From Octopus bimaculoides (lineage: Eukaryota): a stretch of DNA of 42,287 nt. The notes below the pieces were generated by a model. It did not search any database, was not told the DNA's origin, and saw nothing but the letters and a program-made list of their open reading frames with translations. A program made the position numbers and the translations under genes. The stretch's first letter is position 1. Each line of letters begins with the position of its first letter. Positions 35,027 to 42,287 of the stretch are shown here, piece after piece. The stretch is taken from contig NC_068981.1 in assembly GCF_001194135.2 (NCBI RefSeq), positions 133,202,705 through 133,244,991 on the forward strand, written 5' to 3'.

Positions 35027-35812
35027 TATGTCGTGAAATATTACTATTGCTTTTATTAAAACAGATTAACCCTGATGAATCAGCCTCAAGGTTCAAGGAA
35101 TTCAAATTGGGATCATATATAAGAAGGTTGTATATTTCTTTGTGAGAGATTTAACTGTTCTCTTTATCAGCTGGATCTATAACGTAAATTCTCCTAGTTG
35201 TATTGGGAGACGTTGTGTCATGAAATGTTGTTTTGTATCTTATTCAAGCTGTGAAATGTTGTTCTCGTGAGATACAAGACAGATGAGCATTTTGAGAGTA
35301 GAATGCCGTTTTTCAAACTCGATAATATTGATATCAATCTTCTACTAGTGACAAATGTTTCGGACAGGAACAGATCTTCGTTTAAGAAAACGTACTTTGT
35401 GTAATACCTTTATACTACTATCATATGAACTACTGTGTCTATACTTCTAGCTTTCATCTTTCCTTATATTTTCTCGTCTTGTTTCTCTTTGTATTACAGG
35501 ATATATATATATTTCATTGTTACCACTTACATAATTATATACGTACATATCCACAATTCATCTGTGTGACCGTCATAGCAAAATATAATTTGCAGAACTA
35601 AAAACGAGACGTCCACACGTGAATGAACATGCATATAGTTTTGCGAGTTACATTTGGGGGCAAATTTCAAATGTCTTCGTTTTGGCGCGCCAAAAACCAG
35701 AAATAACTCTTCAGGAAATAATTTTCTGCAGTGAATCATGCCGGCTAGAAAACATGGTTATTTAAATTTAAAGAATAAGGGTAAACAATTGAATATTAAT
35801 TTGATTAACATC

Positions 35813-35904
35813 AATTTCTTGAGAACAATCTTTTTTTTTAGTGGTCAGACCATATGGGGTCTAATTCTAGCATTTGGATGTCCACTCAGTGGTCATCCCT
35901 CTTA
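35813..35904. mobile_element. Single terminus of the 18773-19047 MITE family
   Basis: TTCTTGAGAA...AGTGGTCAGACCATATGGGGTC...AGTGGTCATCCCTCTTA|TA matches the right end of the MITE. Confidence 0.8.
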
Positions 35905-37721
35905 TATATATGTATATATATATATATTTATATTTATATATATATATATATAAAATATATATATATATATATATATATATGCATACATATATATAAANNN
36001 NNNNNNNNNNNNNNNNNNNNNNNNNNNNNNNNNNNNNNNNNNNNNNNNNNNNNNNNNNNNNNNNNNNNNNNNNNNNNNNNNNNNNNNNNNNNNNNNNNNN
36101 NNNNNNNNNNNNNNNNNNNNNNNNNNNNNNNNNNNNNNNNNNNNNNNNNNNNNNNNNNNNNNNNNNNNNNNNNNNNNNNNNNNNNNNNNNNNNNNNNNNN
36201 NNNNNNNNNNNNNNNNNNNNNNNNNNNNNNNNNNNNNNNNNNNNNNNNNNNNNNNNNNNNNNNNNNNNNNNNNNNNNNNNNNNNNNNNNNNNNNNNNNNN
36301 NNNNNNNNNNNNNNNNNNNNNNNNNNNNNNNNNNNNNNNNNNNNNNNNNNNNNNNNNNNNNNNNNNNNNNNNNNNNNNNNNNNNNNNNNNNNNNNNNNNN
36401 NNNNNNNNNNNNNNNNNNNNNNNNNNNNNNNNNNNNNNNNNNNNNNNNNNNNNNNNNNNNNNNNNNNNNNNNNNNNNNNNNNNNNNNNNNNNNNNNNNNN
36501 NNNNNNNNNNNNNNNNNNNNNNNNNNNNNNNNNNNNNNNNNNNNNNNNNNNNNNNNNNNNNNNNNNNNNNNNNNNNNNNNNNNNNNNNNNNNNNNNNNNN
36601 NNNNNNNNNNNNNNNNNNNNNNNNNNNNNNNNNNNNNNNNNNNNNNNNNNNNNNNNNNNNNNNNNNNNNNNNNNNNNNNNNNNNNNNNNNNNNNNNNNNN
36701 NNNNNNNNNNNNNNNNNNNNNNTATATATATATATATATATATATATCTTTAGACGCCCCAAAAATGAGATCCGTTCAAAATCAACTCGTTTCCCGTGTT
36801 ATTTCAAGAACGTTACGAGTAGATAGCAGAAAATAAATTGCCGGATGATATTTCTTGCATTATTGAGTTACATAACTCTATTTTCTTATCTGAATTTCCG
36901 CCAAAGTTGATTTTTGTTTTCCAATCCTGCAGGTCGATATCAGTGAATTATTGAAGACGATTAGGTCAGCATCACCAAACCTCTTCCCAAAATTGGTAAC
37001 CTTGTACCAAACTTTGAATCATTATTTGTTTATAAATTACGACGTTATTTTTTAACAAGTAAGCAATGAAATATTTGAATGCTTAAATCATAACGACTAT
37101 CAGAATGTCATTGCGTTTCTAGGCAGGACACTAATTTGCATGTCTTAGTGTCCCTTCGTTGTTCCCCAAGTAAACTATGATGAAGCAAGCATATGATCAA
37201 TTTATTCCACCCATGACTATCCCATCTTATTATTAATGTACCTTGGACTACATTAGCCAATGTATGACTTATCGTCTTTTAAAGAGGGTACGGTGTTATT
37301 TGCAAGGCATTTTGCATTTCGAATATATCGAGTGGAAATCTAGAAACTGACTGGAATAGATACTGTATATTTGTGTATTAAGGTAAAAAAAACTGAACCA
37401 ACTGGAATAGACAAACAAAAATTACAAATCACAACAGTGGCTAAGATTCACAATACTCAAATCAAATTCAAAAATGATAGAAGAATAGGGGAAAGCCACT
37501 TTACCCAAACCATCGAAAGGAAAAAAGAGACATCAAGTCCAGAATATATAATGATTAGAAAAAACAATAGCCAAATTGCTTTTGGATACCCAAAAATAGG
37601 TAAGAAAGAATGCATCAACATACATAACAGGGTTAGAATTTTTGTATACTAGAAGTTATACTAGTATCATCAAATATCGGCTGTAAAGGTTATCACGGAG
37701 TATTGTCGCTTTGTCCCCTGC

Positions 37722-37852
37722 GAATGAGAAAGCTACCGTACTCTAGCATACCAATCTGCAGACATGGAGAGATCAAGGCTAATGCACCGGATATTGTTGT
37801 GAAGGAACACCAGCAAAGGAAGTGCCTCCATATTGAAATATCTATTCAGACT
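37722..37852 (+). mobile_element. R4/Dong-like RLE catalytic motif remnant
   Basis: NEKATVL*HTNLQT / EIKANAPDIVVKEHQQRKCLHIEISI, with PD at 37787-37792 and a downstream E. Confidence 0.7.
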
Positions 37853-37894
37853 TAAAATATATAGGTACTAAGATCGGTTTACTCCACTAAACCT

Positions 37895-37952
37895 TTCAAC
37901 GCGGCACCCCAGCATGAACGCAGTCCAACGACGGAAACAAGTATAAGAATAT
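37895..37952 (+). mobile_element. SINE family B tail fragment
   Basis: GCGGCACCCCAGCATGAACGCAGTCCAACGACGGAAACAAGTATAAGAATA. Confidence 0.65.
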
Positions 37953-38249
37953 AAGTACAAAGGAATAAGAAACTTACAGAAGAAGAAGAATATTAGGATG
38001 AGTAAAAATTCTAATATCGTTAAACTGCATTTCGTGAACCTTCTCTTAACTGATTATTATTACCAAGGTATTTATAATTCTTGTTTTGTTAGAGGAAACT
38101 TTTGATCAATGAAATATATGAGCTGGATAAATAAAACCCATGATAAACATAAACAATATTGATAAATTCTAACAGACACTTATAAACTTCAGATGGAGTA
38201 CCATACCCTCTTTATATATGTTTTTCCCATTCTCTCTTTCTCTACACCC

Positions 38250-38506
38250 TCTCTCTCTATCTCTTCTACCATTACTATAATGGCCTTCGCTCATCCATTG
38301 GAGCTGTCATCCATTGGAGCTGAGGCATCCTGACATATTCGTCTCTTCTCCCATCATCACCCTATTGCTTCCAAACCTACCTAGATTTCATGCTAACCAC
38401 ACTGTCCGGCCCTTTCTCTCCAGAGCATCGGTCTACTGGAATTTTCTCTCCGTTTATGTCCTCCTTTACACGTTTTAATTTACAACAGTTGAAATGTAAC
38501 AGTAAT
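38250..38506 (+). mobile_element. Degenerate CR1/L2-group LINE RT C-terminus
   Basis: With frameshifts: LYLFYHYYNGLRSS / PRFHANHTVRPFLSRASVYWNFL / NLQQLKCNSN. This resembles SLFYRYYxGxCSS...SFFPRTxxLWNxLP...NLQxFKxxVN. Confidence 0.55.
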
Positions 38507-39455
38507 GGTTTTGTTCTTACCGGTTTTGGAAGGACCAGAATCATGAGCATTAACCCTTCCTACAGACTCAACAATATATCTAAAAGGGTTGAACAGCCAT
38601 TTTGTGAACGAAATGCAAAGGTTTCTACTATCATAATAAATGCTTCGGCGTGTTACCGATAGATTTACAAAANNNNNNNNNNNNNNNNNNNNNNNNAAAA
38701 CCCCCTTCTTTTACGCAAATAACTCCACACAATCAACAAGAACGTCTACAAGTGATGGTGTGCGCGAATCTAGTGTGAGTGAAAGTGATTCAGAAAACGA
38801 TAATAATAATAATAATTTTTTATTATAAATGATCTTGACGTTCTTTTTACTTTACATAAAATATTTTTTACATTCTAATGTGATTTAATTGGCATTTATT
38901 TACGAGCATTATAAATTTTATAGGTAAAATATTTTCCTAGGAACGGATTACGATTTATAACATTGCTATTATGAAAAAATATTGCGCTGCTTTACGAATT
39001 TCCACTTAATGAGCTGTCTCCGGGGGAAAATTAATTCGTATATCGAGACATTACTATACTACTCGTGTGTGTGTGTGTGTGTGTAAACTGCACACACATG
39101 NNNNNNNNNNNNNNNNNNNNNNNNNNNNNNNNNNNNNNNNNNNNNNNNNNNNNNNNNNNNNNNNNNNNATACATACATACATACATACATACATACATAC
39201 ATACATACATACATACATACACGCAAACGATAATGTAAAGGTAGAGTTGCTTTGAAGGGACATGATTGAAATAATTCAAGGCAACCTTATTAACAATGAT
39301 TTTGAAACTCTCAAGTATACATGTATTATGAATGCATGGATTTATGCTTGAACTTTTTAGTTCTACTCATATAAAGAAAAGGGCAGTTTCGTATTCGAAA
39401 ACTGCTTCACCTACGGAATTTAGATACCGACATAAAGTTACAAATAAAATTTTAT

Positions 39456-40268
39456 AAAAAGACTTGAGCTCCGCTGTGCATGCACACTAAGATTTTACAT
39501 TCTAGCTCACACCCACTCTTTGCAGTAGTGTTTGGAAGGAAGATATATAGCATGTGATCAGTGCATTGGCCATGACAGAGAATGTTGTGATGGTGATACC
39601 TGCTCACAGACCCACGCAAAGTTGTAGAAAGTTTATGAGGAGTGTATGAGCCACACACAAGTGTACGAGTGGTTCAGACGTTTCCAAGATGGCGGGAAAA
39701 TGTCGATATTGACGAAAGTTTTGGGAGACCCACAACCAGTACTGAGAAAAACATTGCAGATGTGCATGCAGCTGTGTGGGGAAATCGTCGAATAACATCT
39801 GTGAGTTATCAGATGTGCAGATCAGTCACGGTTCACTTCAATCCATTATCACTGAGGATTTGGGTATGAGACGCGTGTCTGCCAAATTTGTGCCTAAGCT
39901 GCTTTCAGCTAACCAAAAAGGCACTCGGATTTCAGTTGCACAAGATTTCCTTGATCGTGTCGAGAACGATGAAAACTTTGTAAATTTTGCGTAGGCCTCT
40001 GAGCAGGTATCACCAAGCTTTAGGCAAAATTTGATGCAGATTCTCTGCTCAACTTTCTCTGTAATGGTCAATGCGACGATAACACGCTGCACACGTTCCA
40101 TCCAAGCACTGCTGTAAACAGCGGAAGGGAACTAGAACGTTAAAACTTTGTGTGCATGCGCAGCAACGTTCAAGATGAATCCGTGCCAAGCGGCTTTACT
40201 GATTTACTCTCCGTGCTTTAGCTTAGTTACTATAGCAACAGTTTGAATACTTATTGATCATACCAGGG
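39456..40268 (+). mobile_element. Second copy of the double-5'-end mariner derivative; left TIR missing
   Basis: Colinear with 26630-27450. Right TIR TACTTATTGATCATACC. Same left-arm deletion and same inversion junction. Confidence 0.9.
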
Positions 40269-40394
40269 ACCATACACTAACAGGGACCATAATTGTCCGA
40301 AAAATACCGACCGCGTATTCTTAAGACTGACTCGTTAGTTTCCGCAATTTCCGTAGCCATGATCAGTTAAGCTATATATATATATGCACATGCA

Positions 40395-40473
<79 letters not shown>

Positions 40474-40518
40474 ATGTCTGTCTGTCTGTTCTTTTATTAT
40501 TATTTTACTTGCTTCAAA

Positions 40519-40727
40519 GCGGCGAACAGGTAGAATCGTTAGCATGCCGGGCTAAATGCTTAGCGGTATTTCGTCTGCTGCTACGTTCTTAATTCAAATT
40601 CCAACGAGGTCGACTTTACCTTTCATCCTTTCGGGGTCGACTGAAAGTACCACTTATGCAGTGGGATCAATGTAATTGACTCAGCCCCATCTCCCTCAAA
40701 CTGCCTTTGTGGCAAAAATCTGAAATA
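40519..40727 (+). mobile_element. SINE family A nested in the tail of a family B SINE
   Basis: Family A body. ATTATTTTACTTG(C/T)TTCA at 40499-40516 and 40728-40745. Confidence 0.85.
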
Positions 40728-40920
40728 ATTATTTTACTTGTTTCAGTCATTTGACTGCGATCATGCTGGAGCACTGCCTTAAAGAGTTTTAGACGAAGAA
40801 ATCGACCCCAGGTCCTATTCTTTGTTAGCCTAGGACTTATCCTATCGTTCACTTTTGCTGAGCCACTAGGTCACGGGACTGTAAACACACCATAATCGGT
40901 TGTCAAGCGCAGGTGGGGAC
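40728..40920 (-). mobile_element. SINE family B 3' portion
   Basis: TTTTACTTGTTTCAGTCATTTGACTGCGATCATGCTGGAGCACTGCCTT is the reverse complement of the family B tail. Confidence 0.8.
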
Positions 40921-40959
40921 ACACACACACAAACACAAAGTCACACTCAAAATTTTCTT

Positions 40960-41180
40960 CACCCATTCGCTTCCGGGTATTTCAATATGTGACCACGTGT
41001 GTATAGTTGGCGATTTTCTTTCTCCGTCTTCCCTCTTTGGACTTTTTCTCTATTTCTGATGAAGACCTCCGCTCAAAATGTGAAATCCTCTTTCTTTTCT
41101 TTTCTTTCCTGAGCGTTCCATAACACCGTACTTATTCCACGTCCTCGCATTCTTGTTTTTTCTTGTTTGGATTGACTATA
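40960..41180 (+). mobile_element. Putative PLE-type terminal repeat with a decayed hammerhead-like motif
   Basis: CTGATGA-A-GACC-TCC-GCTC-AAAA at 41056-41078. The downstream TTTCCTGAGCGT resembles TTCCCGAGCGT in the 33.3-kb arms, and the unit ends in ACT then (AT)n as they do. Confidence 0.45.
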
Positions 41181-41202
41181 TATACATACATACATGCATA
41201 CA

Positions 41203-41239
<37 letters not shown>

Positions 41240-41618
41240 ATATANNNNNNNNNNNNNNNNNNNNNNNNNNNNNNNNNNNNNNNNNNNNNNNNNNNNNNNN
41301 NNNNNNNNNNNNNNNNNNNNNNNNNNNNNNNNNNNNNNNNNNNNNNNNNNNNNNNNNNNNNNNNNNNNNNNNNNNNNNNNNNNNNNNNNNNNNNNNNNNN
41401 NNNNNNNNNNNNNNNNNNNNNNNNNNNNNNNNNNNNNNNNNNNNNNNNNNNNNNNNNNNNNNNNNNNNNNNNNNNNNNNNNNNNNNNNNNNNNNNNNNNN
41501 NNNNNNNNNNNNNNNNNNNNNNNNNNNNNNNNNNNNNNNNNNNNNNNNNNNNNNNNNNNNNNNNNNNNNNNNNNNNNNNNNNNNNNNATATATATATATA
41601 CATACATACATATATATA

Positions 41619-41655
<37 letters not shown>

Positions 41656-41783
41656 CACATACTATTTTTTGATACTAAGAAATTTTCGTAATATGTATAC
41701 GTTTTAATGTTGCTATGGACTATAACTTTCGACGACTGTGTGTGAAATGGTCGTCTCTTTGGCATGCAGACATAGTTCACACA

Positions 41784-41900
41784 ACGAGCTTCCTCTCGGT
41801 TTGCATCTACCCCATGTCACGCATAAGGCTCAAATCGACATGGTTGAAGATACCTGACCCGACTGAGATTCAATGGGAACGAAACTGCTACATCATAAAA
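41784..41900 (-). mobile_element. Degenerate copy of the CORE-like SINE
   Basis: ACGAGCTTCCTCTCGGTTTGCATCTACC...CATAAGGCT aligns with the reverse complement of 6715-6876. Confidence 0.55.
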
Positions 41901-42287
41901 ATACCGCGATGTCTGCATCCGTGCAAAAACATATATATTCGAAGGCGCATAATTTTCAATGTAATTTAAGAAAATATGTGAAAACTATATATGTGCGGGC
42001 ACTTTTCTACCATAAATTCGAATTTTATATAAGCTTATAAACATCGGTTTGTTTGTTTACACTGCAGTAATTTGTTGGTATAACCAAGAACACATAAAAA
42101 TATAAACAATAAAAGTTTTTTTTAAACTTCAAAGAGAAAACAAATTCATAAGCAGTTTATTACACACCACATATATGTATATTTGTTTAGTTGTGGGTAA
42201 ATATATACATATATGTATGTATGTATGTATGTATATATGTATGCATTTGAATATATATATGTATATACATGCATATATTATATATAT

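Overview
AT-rich, microsatellite-dense eukaryotic DNA with many N-gaps and no host protein-coding gene that I can support. The repeat landscape looks like a coleoid cephalopod (Octopus-type) genome. That assignment is inferred from remembered SINE families and was not checked against a database. Nearly all ORFs in the supplied track are microsatellite or N-run artefacts. The real coding signal is transposon debris: (i) RLE (PD-(D/E)xK)-type non-LTR retrotransposon remnants (R4/Dong-like), several stacked head-to-tail between (TAA)n tracts at 14.1-15.5 kb; (ii) Penelope-like elements (PLEs), including GIY-YIG remnants and a tail-to-tail palindrome at 32.7-34.3 kb; (iii) three mariner derivatives, two of them sharing a rearranged double-5'-end structure; (iv) a CR1/L2-like tail, a TA-flanked MITE and many tRNA-derived SINEs. 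The best leads are: hammerhead-ribozyme-like motifs in PLE-type termini, including one inside a TSD-flanked tRNA-headed SINE (24594-24842); the (TAA)n-separated retrotransposon array; and a 152-bp near-perfect inverted duplication (16171-16322 / 17681-17832). SINE family labels A, B and C are my own working names. Boundaries of degenerate elements were read by eye and are approximate.
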